From: Amoebophrya sp. A120
Taxonomy: Eukaryota > Protista > Dinoflagellata
Length of the DNA: 64,000 nt
Reading direction: 5' to 3'
Assembly: GCA_905178155.1 (NCBI GenBank)
Contig: CAJINV010000005.1
Coordinates: 4,567,556-4,631,555 of the forward strand
The notes below the pieces were generated by a model. It worked only from the letters and a program-made list of their open reading frames with translations. It had not been told where the DNA came from and searched no databases. Below, piece by piece: positions 26,201-36,181 of this stretch. The position numbers were made by a program, and so were the translations under genes. Position 1 is the first letter of the stretch, and every line of letters starts with the position of its first letter.

Positions 26201-27437
26201 TGCCATGGGCTTTTTGAGCTGTGTAGTCTTCGCAGAATTTCTCCGCGCACGGGATGTTCCTTGTCGCGCCCACCCCTCGAACTGCTCCTTTCGAGCGGCC
26301 CCGCACGGTGTTGGAACCTCGCAGGTCCGCGGGGGAATTTTGCTCAGCTGGCCTTGCAGCACCGTGGCGTCGATGGGGGGACGCGCGGTCACCTTCTTCT
26401 TTTCCAGGAAATTCTGGCCCGTTTTTGTTTCCATCGACGTGGTCCCGTGATGAAGAAAATGATCATCTTCAGTCGTGACGGCTGCGGCTCGTGCACCAGT
26501 AGCAACAGCATCATCTGGGCGAACGTTGTTGTAATCCAACATGTGGCCGTCCTCTTCTCCGGCTTGCCCCTCCTGCTGGATGTTGTCTTCAGTGGTTCCC
26601 GCACTTCGTAGTTCTTGTGAAGAGGTTTCTTTTTGCAAGAACCCTACCATCTCCATCCGGGATGTTGACGAAGACGACGACGCGATCATGTTCATGACCC
26701 CTGCACCATCGGCTGCCTGCGCGCGCGCCGCCAAGAAACCAGCGGATTTTTGTGGGTGAAGCAATCGGGAGGACGAAGCAGAGGAAGAAGAAGAGCCGGA
26801 TCCGGATTCAACATCCACTTCATCTTCGACGCGGCGCGGTTGATCAACATCTTCATCTTCCTGCGAAATTTTTCCCGGCTGTACTTCCAAAAACTCCGCG
26901 TTCGTGTCCAATTCCAGGAAATTCAGTTTCTTTCCGTAGTTTTCGTTTGTTTTCACGGCACCTCCAGGGGAAGTGCTCGTCGCTGCATTGTTGACCTCGA
27001 CGCCGTCCACCTCGCCAGCAACAGCTTCACCAGTCATGCCGGCGTCATGATCTCCCGCTTCGCCTCCAGTTTTCAACTCCACAAACCGTGCCTCGACGAA
27101 GAACCACAAAGTGAGCGGGAGTTGATATGGCGTTCTCAAACGTTACATTCCCAACTGTTACATGAATTTGTCATGCAGAACTACCATCAAGATCCACACG
27201 AGGAAGCTGCTTCGCATGACAAATTTGCGAAGAGCTAAACAGCACCTAAATCTGTGCAGAACTTGTAATGCTAGAGGTGCAACCTCCCCCCTTTCACTTT
27301 TGCAGTTCTTGCATCACAAATTCATGTAACAGTTGAGAATGTAACAATTGAGAACGCCATAATTGATGAAAAATGCTTGTGAACATCCACCAGCCGTTCA
27401 GCAAGAACAGCAGCATGTTCATCTTTGAAGGTTTCAT
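14256..27437 (-). CDS. Signal-peptide-bearing calpain-like cysteine protease fused to two SGNH/GDSL hydrolase domains
   Basis: Reconstructed: MKPSKMNMLLFLLNGWW...; QGPLGHCYFMAAL, WEFILVDDHLP, IKAVAKVMG|GYFALEAG, GLYQGHAY, LIRNPH|G; then in frame VALGD|SLTEG, NGGNSG, FGTNE, DELHPDGEGH; second domain LFLGDSS, INAG, LYPNEKGH. Two junctions (~22150-22290, ~18185-18490) unresolved. Confidence 0.75.
14733..15667. mobile_element. Introner family B carrying a nested Helitron-like insert
   Basis: TATGCAATGCAAAAG...CTTTTGCACAGGATA; TSD AATGG; removal gives in-frame HESP|LRFQQD. Confidence 0.88.
14765..15549 (-). mobile_element. Non-autonomous Helitron-like element (785 bp)
   Basis: Minus strand 5'-TTACTA...GC-rich hairpin (CTCCGGC-loop-GCCGGAG)...CTGG-3'; between host A and T, no TSD; internal GCGAGAGGGTG / CACCTCTCGC repeats. 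Confidence 0.75.
17197..17497. mobile_element. Introner family A (highly degenerate)
   Basis: Remnant TIRs; TSD lost, but element+5 removal gives LYMD|GEKQ in frame. Confidence 0.65.
17567..17711. mobile_element. Introner family B (degenerate)
   Basis: TATACATTGCAAAAGTATCG...CGATACTTTTCCCGAGGATA; TSD TCTGC. Confidence 0.8.
19239..19383. mobile_element. Introner family B splitting the GDSL catalytic motif
   Basis: TSD TGTCC; removal restores GTG GCG CTG GGG GAC AGC CTC (VALGDSL). Confidence 0.93.
19507..19668. mobile_element. Introner family E
   Basis: TATGCAATACAAATTTCCC...GGGAGGATTACTGTGGATA; TSD CACGA/CACAT. Confidence 0.8.
19781..20032. mobile_element. Introner family G
   Basis: TATAACCCGCTCAGGTGTTACAATCTCAA; TSD GCTGC/CCTGC; homologous to 31361-31622. 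Confidence 0.85.
20086..20367. mobile_element. Introner family H
   Basis: Perfect 24-bp TIR TATCCTGAGTAAAAACGTACCCAC; TSD CGTGG. Confidence 0.92.
20502..20834. mobile_element. Introner family A (degenerate)
   Basis: Remnant CTGGGTCTGGAA / CCAGACATATTTGCA; element+5 removal in frame (KHT|LAQGLYQGHAY). Confidence 0.75.
20984..21312. mobile_element. Introner, single-copy family
   Basis: TATCAAACTGAAAAGCGCA...TGCGCTTTTCGTTATGTTGATA; TSD GGGGA/GGGGC; in-frame join. Confidence 0.8.
21756..22046. mobile_element. Introner, single-copy degenerate family
   Basis: TATCAGAAAGAAA...TTTCTTTCGGTA; TSD GCTGC/GCTGT; in-frame join LTQ|QTPP. Confidence 0.72.
22930..23229. mobile_element. Probable decayed introner
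   Basis: TAT...ATA ends, B-like left end; TSD lost; element+5 removal in frame (EIT|QCELFY). Confidence 0.5.
23463..23823. mobile_element. Degenerate introner, first of a tandem pair
   Basis: TATGCAAGAGACAAAATG...ATTTCGTTTTCCTGCGATA; GGAGT on both sides. Confidence 0.72.
23829..24038. mobile_element. Introner family I, second of a tandem pair
   Basis: TATCCAAGAAAAAAACT...AGTTTTTTTCTCGCATA; TSD GGAGT/CGAGT. Confidence 0.8.
24102..24401. mobile_element. Introner family A
   Basis: A-type TIR; TSD ACCGC. Confidence 0.88.
24456..24723. mobile_element. Introner family A
   Basis: A-type TIR; TSD CGCCC/CACCC. Confidence 0.88.
24918..25187. mobile_element. Introner family A
   Basis: A-type TIR; TSD AACTG/AGCTG. 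Confidence 0.88.
25868..26127. mobile_element. Introner family A
   Basis: A-type TIR; TSD TTTTC/TTTGC. Confidence 0.85.
27126..27361. mobile_element. Introner family C within the signal-peptide region
   Basis: TATGGCGTTCTCAA...TTGAGAACGCCATA; TSD GTTGA/ATTGA. Confidence 0.9.
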
Positions 27438-28503
27438 TGACAAGGACTACCTGCTCCCGGGTGGAGTAGTAAAGCGCTCTAGTTTTTTCTTGCCCGCCCC
27501 CTGTGGGATCTTCGAGGAGGACGAGGTAGAACTAGTTCGACGTGCACCCGTGGTCGTGGTGATGCTGCAATTTTTCCTTAGTTTGCTTCAATTTCGCTTC
27601 AGGGACACGGGCGGGGGTAGTACAATAATTTTACAACTTGGGTTCGATTTCGTTTCAGATAAAGAGAATAAAGTACTTTCGAAAATCAGTAAAAAGTCGT
27701 GAAGTAGGGAAGAGGGGAAGGGATTTTTTTAGAATCCTTCACTTCCGCACTGCAGTTTTTATTCCGAAAACGGGGCGAATCACAAACATCTCTTGTAAGA
27801 ACTATTCTATGCATTTCCATTTTGCTATCAATGCCGCACACTACGTAACGGTAATTAATAATTCTACTTCTAATTATACGAGAATAAACAATTAGGCACA
27901 ACGAGAACGACGCAGAACCAGTAAGTATGGTGCTACCGAAGCGGAGACAATGTCCACGGGAAAAGACCGATCCTTTTTATCAAGTACGAGTACACTGAAG
28001 TACCGATCAACAACAAAACGTTTCGCACAGCATCAACAGAGGACGACTGACCGAAAGAAATGTCAGCTTTCGACGTATGTAAAACCGAATGATCAAAGAT
28101 AGTACGACAACACGCGCAGCTAAGTCCGGACCGAAATGGATGAAGCTGCCACCGAGGTGTAATACACGATATCAACGCATCTCATCGTCTGTCAACCGAA
28201 GCCGAAGGCGCTATTTTCCTCACACCACGTGAAAACGAATCATCAAATTAAAACCGATCTATGATTTTTTCCCACGAATCGAAGGTAAAGGGGTGCCGAA
28301 CGTCTTCCAAGATGAACTTCTACAACCGAGTACATATTGCAATCAGAATCAACGAAAGCGCTTGCGCTAAAGAGCGCATAAAGAACGCAAGGCGACGAGG
28401 GGAACCGACTTGTTGGAGCATGTCAACACTTCTTGTTACCCAGGGACAGCAAGAAGTTGATTTCCAGGTCGACCACCTCTATACTAAACCGTGTTCGTAA
28501 AAG

Positions 28504-31500
28504 TTAGTTTGTGATGTTCTTGTTCTTCTTCCTCTTCGTTCTTCTACACGACCAGGCCATATCAACTGTAAAAATGTCTGGGTCTGGAAAAATGCAAGTT
28601 TGTCATGCTTGTCTGGCATGACTCTTAAATCTGTCATGCACGTTACTCAAGAGCCCCACTTTTCTGTCATGCAAAAACGCAGTTTGTCATGCAGAATAGG
28701 CATCATATAGAAGCTCAGAAACTTGTCATGCTGAGCCAGCACTTGTGGCCTCCTCATGATACTCCACCCAGCATCACAAGTTTCCAGACCCAGACATTTT
28801 TACAGTTGATAGGCCACATTCACAGACTATTCGCGCGAAAAATTCAGCTGAAATTTCACTACGACGAGATGAAAACCTCCTCGCTGTAGAAATAGAAGCA
28901 GGATCATCACCATCACCTCCACTCCAAGCCTCTTCGTCAATATCCACCAAATCCAAGATTTTCCTCAAATCCGGGGTGAAGTATCCTGTGCAAAAGTATC
29001 GCACTCGTACTAATTGCGTTTATGCATTACAAATCTCTTTACTAAGGCAAAGCCGCATTACAAATTTGATTTGTAGTAATGCTAAGTGAATTTGTGATGC
29101 AATTTATACTAGTACGATACTTTTGCAGTTCATATGAAATTCACCTTCACCAAGACCCACTTCTTCCGTACCTGTATCCACAGTAAATCTCCCGTACACG
29201 TACAAATGCAATCTCTGCATGACAAAACTTGCCTTCAGTCCCAGTCTAGCATGACAAGTTGGACACTCCAAGTTAATGAAATTTGTCATGCATTTTGTAC
29301 ATGTACGGGAAATTTACATTGCATAACCTGCACATCATTACCATTACTGTCGTTCACAACAGCGTCCGCGTCTACCGCATTCTCATGGTCGTATATCCCG
29401 CCGCGGCGCGGAAGAGCCGGGGGTGCTTTGTTCACGCCGTAGTCTTCGTATTCACCTTGATTGGTGGTTGTCTGCCGCTGCCAGTGGTGGTCCCGCAGAA
29501 AATCGGCGGTCCAGATCAGGGGGAAGGCGGCGTTTGTTATTGATGTTGTATTTCTGTTTTTGCAGTTGCTGCTTGACATTTTATGCATGACAGACGCGGG
29601 ATGTTATGTATGTTTTGCATGACAAATTGGATGTGGATGGGTGTTTTCCTGGATAGTGGGTGACAGACTGGTTTCAATCTCCTCCACAAAGACCTGGTCG
29701 ACTAAGTTGTTACTAATCGTGTTGGCCAGCATATGGAAAGAAAAAAGTTTGTCACAGTCACTAACTTGCAGGTTTTGCATTACAAATTTTTTTAGCATCA
29801 CAAGTTTTCCTTGTATTGCAGAAACACTAGGGAAATCCCCTATGAAGCTTGGCTGTCATGCATTTTTACGCATGACAGCCAATTTTGTACTTATTGCAAA
29901 AATGCGCATGAGTGATCGACGTGACGAACTTTTTTTGTTTGATACAGCAACTCGGCTGCGATGCCCACGATGTCGCGACGAAAGGTTTCATGGATAGAGG
30001 TTATGAACTGCAAAAATGTCTGGGTCTGGAAGGTTGGAACTTGTATTGCTGGTCTTACATCATTCCTATGAAATCTGTGTTGCATGACTAACAAGAGTAG
30101 TCGCACCCTCTCTTTTCATCTCAGAAAATCGGCGGTCCAGATCAGGGGGAAGGCGGCGTTTGTTATTGATGTTGTATTTCTGTTTTTGCAGTTGCTGCAT
30201 TCCTCTGCTCCCTGCTTTGGTGTAGTTCTCCTCTGGTGCACTTCTTGTACTACAGCAGAGTCCTCTACTTGAAGTAGACCTCCATCTAGTACTTCTTATC
30301 AAATGTAAAAGTGTCTGTGTCTGGTGGAAACTTGTGATGCTAAAAGTGAACGAGAGTTCCACTGCAATACGGAGCCAAGCATGACAAATTTTTTGGGCTC
30401 CTATGTGTTGCGTGCTCCGCATTGCAAACTGCGTGTTTGCATGACAGAAAAGAGGGCCGCTTCGTGCCCATGCATCACAGATTCTTGAGTCATGACAGAC
30501 AAGCATGACAAATCTCAAAATCTTCCAGACCCAGACATTTTTGCATTTGATACTTCTCTACTTTGGTCGTTGATGTCATAGTTGTACTCCTCCTCGCGAG
30601 CAGGACTAGCACTTGTCGTTCCTCCCGACCGCAGTCGGACCCTTCCTGTCTTGCAATCCAGCACGAAAGCTTGTCGTAGTTCCTGCAATTCTCGCTGCAG
30701 TTTCCAGTTGTAATGCTGCTGCAGATTTTCTGTCATGTAGGACGAGGATGTGTCATCTAGCCGTTTTATTTCTGTGGCAACTGTAGTTTTCACTGCGGCT
30801 CCTTGCGTGTATTGATGTTGTTGACCACGCCCAGAACCGTGAAGATCCAGATTTACTTCCTGCTCGTGCTGCGAAAACAAACGCCACACGATTTCCCAAT
30901 CTTTCTCCCTGTATGCACTGCAAAAGTATTGTATCGTACTCGTATCAATGCATTACAAATTTTCTCAGAATGAGAAATCAAATTTGTAATGCGGATTTAC
31001 CTTAGTGAGAGGATTTGTAATGCATGATTGCAATACGAGTACGATGCTTTTGCAGTTCATACCCCCTCTTCGGTCTTCAATTCTCGAAGCAACACGTTCC
31101 TATCAAGTGCAAAAGTATCGTACTCGTACAAATGCTAATGCAAGTCTTGCATTACAAATCTTGTTTCCAAGGCAAATCTGCATTACAAATTTTATTTCTC
31201 ACGCTGAGGAAATTTGTATTAATGCATTTATACGAGTACGATACTTTTGCACAGGATAGTTCCGCCGCCGCAACAATACCAGCCCGCAGAAACTTTTCCC
31301 GACCATCACCAGTCGGACGGAGCCCTCGGAGACGCGGGGGTAAAAAGCCGTCTCCAGGATTATAACGCGCTCAGCTGTTACAATCTCAAACGTTACGAAT
31401 AGAATATGGAAATCTGTGATGCAAGAGTGCATGATCTAGCCAACTCTCATAGGGTTGCGCATGACAAGCTCCGCAGCCCCAAACCCCACTACAATCATCT

Positions 31501-34500
31501 GGCGCAATTTGTATTGCAGGAAGTGGAACGCTCTGCGAGTGTGTCATGCTCATCATGCAAGATCACAACTCTCAGATTCTATTGTAGCGTTTGAGATTGT
31601 AAAAACACCTGAGCGGGTTATAAGGATCTTGAATGGGGTCTTCATCAAGCTGTTGTTCTTTTGAGTGGTTTATCAAATGTAAAAATGTCTGGGTCTGGAA
31701 GGGTTGGGACTTGTGATGCAAACTCTGGAACCCACAAAAATTTGTGTTGCATGAGCGCCAAAAGCTGTCCATTTCTTGGCACGCAAGTAGCGAGTTTCTC
31801 ATGCGGGAAAGGCATCACGAGGCGTGCTCAAAACCTGTGATGCTTTTACCTGCATCAGAGGCTATTTGCGTGATCCGAAATATGCATGACAAATCTCGCA
31901 ATCTTCCAGACCCAGACATTTTTACATTTGATATGGTTCTGGTTGTGGTTCTCGTTTTTGCAGGTTCGCCTTCGCGTTTACTTTTACTGTTTGATCGACC
32001 AGCATCTTGTTCATCTCCCGAATCCGACAACTCATCCTCTATGCCAAAACCGGAGTCAACTGCCACTGCAGTGTCAAAATCGTAATTCTCATCAATCCCC
32101 GAAATCGCCCCCTGCACCATCGGGAAGGGCCGTTGCTCGTAGTTCTTCTCAAAAAACTTCTTCAAGTCTTCCGTGGTTTCTGTATCCCCAGAAAAAACTC
32201 ATAACTCCCATCAATTTTTTGCATGACAGACTGGTTTTGATTTTGAATGTGATGCATGTCTTGGATGACAAAGTGAATGCTGCGGATGGGTCGTGTTTTT
32301 TCCTAGATATTCTGTGTCCGATTTCTTCCCAACGACGGGAGACTGGCTCCGCTTATTCGCAGCAGTCGCTTTCATCTCCGAAGCGGTGGGCAGAATTTTC
32401 AACGGCGCAGCTTCATCGCCCGGCTGTAGCTCCTTCCAGGTCCCCACCCGGGAATCGGAGCGGTAAAAATTTCCCTTCGTCTTGTCGAGTTGCTTCTTGC
32501 ACAGAACGGTCTGGAAAATCTCGGTGATGCGGTCGTCGGTCGTCAAATGGGTCTTTTTCGGGGTGTATCAAATGCAAAAATGTCTGGGTCTTGAAGGTTG
32601 GAACTTGTGATGCTAACTTCGGACTCCAAAAAAATCTGTATTGCATGACCAGCAAGAGGAGCCCAGTTTGTGCTACGCATGGAGGACATTTGCCATGCGG
32701 ATTAGGCATCAGGAAGCTCTCTAAAAATCTGCGATGCTAGGTCATGCATTACAGACATCCTGGGTCTTGCAAAATATGCATGACAAACCCGGCAACATTC
32801 CAGACCCAGACATTTTTACATTTGATAGGGTGTAGGAAGGAGAAGCAGGTGGAGGAGGTGATGATCTTCTTGATTCTTGCGGCTCCTGCGCCGTTAGTTT
32901 ATTTTTCCCCGACGTTTCGAGTTCCCTTTTTGCCGCTGCGCCGACCGATGAAATTTTTCCCGCATGATCACGAAGAATTCTTTGGCGTTGCGGGTCTTCT
33001 GTAATTTCGTGCACTGCTTGTTCGTCACGACGACCACCGGCTGTTACTGCGACTCCGATTTCATCTTCGGTGCCCGCTCCTGCGATAGACACATTTGATG
33101 TGCTAGCCATATTATTGAACAAATGCTGATCCTCGTGGTCCACACCAGCGGTGGTAAGAGTACTAGATCTCTTCATCGGATTGTGTCCCGACGTACTACT
33201 TCCTGATGTCAGTTTATTCTTCTTATCTGCTCCTTCCAACACCAATTCCAACCCCAATTTGTCCAGCAGCTTTTTTTTCTGCTTCAAAAACTTCGCCCTT
33301 TTCTCGTTTTCCAGCTCAAAGTATCAAAAGGAAAAATGTCTGGGTCTGGAAACTTGTGATGCCGGGTGGCGTCTCATGATGAGGCTACAAATGCTGGCTC
33401 AGCATGACAGGTTTCTGAGCTCCTAGGTGTTGCCTATTCTGCATGACAAACTGCGCTTCTGCATCACAGAAAAGCGCCGCTCTTGGGTAACGTGCATGAC
33501 AGATTTGAGAGTCATGCCAGACAAGCATGACAAACATGAATTCTTCCAGACCCAGACATTTTTACATTTGATACAAAGTCCGACTTTATCTTCGCCAGCT
33601 CCTTCGCCTTCTTCCTAAACACGGGAATCACGTCTTTCCGCGGCTTCAGCTCGACCTTTTTCCTCTGGTAATCTTGCGGAAACGCCTCGTGCACCAGCAG
33701 CATGCCCGGCTCGCGCGCCTTTCTGGTTCTTGTAGGAGATGTTGATCCGGTTCCGGGTGGGGGTGGGGGTGAGAATGAATTATGGTAAGTAGACCCTGCT
33801 CTCGTCTTCGAAGCGTTGGTACTTGTTCCACCCCGACCGGTAGATGAAGAGATCGCACTACCTGCAATGGACGGGAAAGCACCTTTGTTATCAGGCGATG
33901 AAAGAACCTCCTCCTCGTCCGGAGGAGGTTTAGTTCCAGTTAGCTCGTAGACCCAGCTCGGCACGGTTTTTTTCAACGGTTCTTCCACGATTCCCTTCAT
34001 TTCCTTCTGCTTCCAGTATCCTGCAGAAAGGAGCTAGCATACCATATTTCGTTTGCAATGCAATAAAGAGGAAAAGCGGAGCAAGAGACAACTTGTTCTG
34101 TCGAGAAAACACTTTAAACTCGGGAAAAATAGGAATCCCCATGCTATGGCCAAGGAAAAGGTGTCCATTTGTAAGCCATTTGCATCCATTTGCAAGACGG
34201 AGAAAAACCCAAAACACCATGATTGTCTGTGCTTTACATGAGACAAATGCTGCTTTTACAAAATTGCAACAGATTTGCAGAAAAAAATTACTTCTGCACG
34301 CTATGGCGCTGTTTGGGCGCCATGCAAATGGACGCAAATGGCTTGCAAATGGACCTGTGTTTGCAGCTAATCACCATGAGGATCTGGAAAAAACCCAAAG
34401 CAAACTTTTTTTGTCAAAAAAACGTCCCAGATTCCGACTAAATAGTAATCCCCATGCTATGACCAAGGAAAAGGTGTCCATTTGTAAGCCATTTGCATCC

Positions 34501-35806
34501 ATTTGTAAGACGCAGAAAAACCCAAAACACCACGGGAGTCTGTGTTTTAGAGAGAAAACTGCAGACTTTGCAAAATTGCAACAGATTTGCAGAAAAAAAT
34601 ACTTCTGCATGCTAGGGCACCATTTGCACGACATGCAAATGGACGCAAATGGCTTGCAAGTGGACCTGTGTTTGCAGCTAATCCCCATGAGAATCTGGAA
34701 AAAACCCAAAGCAAACTTTTTTTGGCAAAAAGACCTCCCAGATTCCGGCTAAATAGCAATCCCCATGCTATGACCAAGGAAAAGGTGTCCATTTGTAAGC
34801 CATTTGCATCCATTTGTAAGACGGAGAAAAACCCAAAACACCGCGAGAGTCTGTGTTTTACAGAGAAAACTGCTGATTTTGCAAAATTGCAACAGATTTG
34901 CAGAAAAAAATACTTCTCCATGCTATGACACCATTTGCGCGACATGCAAATGGACGCAAATGGCTTGCAAATGGGCCTGCGTTTGCAGCTAATCCCCATG
35001 AGAATCTGGAAAAAACCCAAAGCAAACTTTTTTTTTCAAAAAGACGTTCCAGATTCCGGCTAAATAGCAATCCCCATGCTAGGACCAAGGAAAAGGTGTC
35101 CATTTGTAAGCCATTTGCATCCATTTGCAAGACGCAGAAAAACCCAAAACACCGCGGGAGTCTGTGTTTTAGAAAGAAAACTGCTGACTTTGCAAAATTG
35201 CAACAGATTTGCAGAAAAAAATACTTCTGCATGCTATGGCACCATTTGCACGACATGCAAATGGACGCAACTGGCTTGCAAATGGGCCTGCGTTTGCAGC
35301 TAATCCCCATGAGAATCTGGAAAAAACCCCAAGCAAACTTTTTTTTTCAAAAAGACGTTCCAGATTCCGGCTAAATAGCAATCCCCATGCTAGGACCATT
35401 TGCATCCATTTGCAAGACGGAGAAAAACCCAAAGCACAATGATAGTTTACGTTTTACAGCGAAAGCCGTTTTTTTTGTAAAATTGAAACAAATTTGCAGA
35501 AAAAAATACTTCCGCATGGTATGGCGCCATTTGGGCTAAATGCAAATGGACGCAAATGGCTTGCAAATGGACCTGTGCTTGCAGCTAATCACGGTAAATG
35601 CCAAACAAATATGATATGCTATGCGATTTTGTCTGACATATCCGTTCGTACTCCCTCATCGCCCAACCATGATTTGCGGGAGGCTTCTGCGGGGGGAACG
35701 CGCCCGAGCTAACTCGTTCGTTCATCAGCAACTCGTTCTTTTCAAAATTGTAGAAATCCTTAGGCGCAGCGACGACGGCTTGGAGCGATTGGTCTTGCTG
35801 ATGCAT
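28504..35806 (-). CDS. Multi-exon gene of unknown function (low complexity) with ~13 introners
   Basis: ORF blocks 35585-35806, 33512-34000, 32742-33287, 30515-30889 alternate with elements; join MREYER|KQKEMKG is in frame; 3' end approximate. Confidence 0.55.
28560..28811. mobile_element. Introner family A (252 bp, reversed relative to 7002)
   Basis: A-type TIR; TSD GGCCA. Confidence 0.92.
28982..29134. mobile_element. Introner family B (reverse orientation)
   Basis: TATCCTGTGCAAAAG...CTTTTGCAGTTCATA; TSD TGAAG/TGAAA. Confidence 0.9.
29175..29325. mobile_element. Introner family E
   Basis: TATCCACAGTAAATCTCCCGTACA...TGTACGGGAAATTTACATTGCATA; TSD ACCTG. Confidence 0.88.
30297..30552. mobile_element. 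Introner family A
   Basis: A-type TIR; TSD CTTCT. Confidence 0.9.
30912..31061. mobile_element. Introner family B
   Basis: B-type TIR; TSD CCCTG/CCCCC. Confidence 0.85.
31101..31258. mobile_element. Introner family B
   Basis: B-type TIR; TSD GTTCC. Confidence 0.9.
31361..31622. mobile_element. Introner family G
   Basis: TATAACGCGCTCAG...CTGAGCGGGTTATA; TSD AGGAT. Confidence 0.9.
31671..31933. mobile_element. Introner family A
   Basis: A-type TIR; TSD TGGTT. Confidence 0.92.
32183..32309. mobile_element. Short introner (I-like)
   Basis: TATCCCCAGAAAAAAC...GTTTTTTCCTAGATA; TSD TTCTG. Confidence 0.78.
32566..32827. mobile_element. Introner family A (262 bp)
   Basis: A-type TIR; TSD GGGTG. 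Confidence 0.92.
33322..33573. mobile_element. Introner family A (252 bp)
   Basis: A-type TIR; TSD CAAAG; close copy of 7002-7253. Confidence 0.92.
34017..35640. mobile_element. 1.6-kb introner containing a tandem array
   Basis: TAT...ATA ends with subterminal IR TAGCATACCATATTTCGTTTG / CAAACAAATATGATATGCTA; TSD TCCAG/TCCGT; in-frame join. Confidence 0.75.
34110..35592. repeat. ~311-bp tandem repeat, ~4.7 copies
   Basis: CCCCATGCTA anchor at 34137, 34450, 34761, 35072, 35383. Confidence 0.95.
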
Positions 35807-35807
35807 G

Positions 35808-35991
35808 TATCGGATGGAAAAACTGTAGTTTCAATCTCAACAAATCTAAGTTGCAGACTTCTCTGCAATACAAACTCATACTCGCTCAGCATGGCATACA
35901 AAATCTGTCATGCTTCGAAAAGCAAGAGGAAGAGAAAACACGCACCATTTTTTGCCTGCTGTAGTGATCACTCATCAACGAGCTGGTCGTA
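35808..35991. mobile_element. Degenerate introner at a putative start codon
   Basis: TAT...GTA ends, internal TGTCATGC; TSD GCATG/GCATT containing the minus-strand ATG. Confidence 0.55.
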
Positions 35992-36181
35992 GCATTCCAA
36001 GAAGTTGAGACTGAGACAGCTTCTTCCCGCGATAGCCCAAGGGGAAACACGTGGAGGAGGTGAGTGTTCGTGGAAGTTGTGCCTGCTGCGGAGGAAAAAA
36101 TCCGGAAAATGCGCGGCGAGGTAATGAGCCTTGATGTTTTATTTTTTTCACGATGAATTTCTATTTTTCACGCTTAATGCT

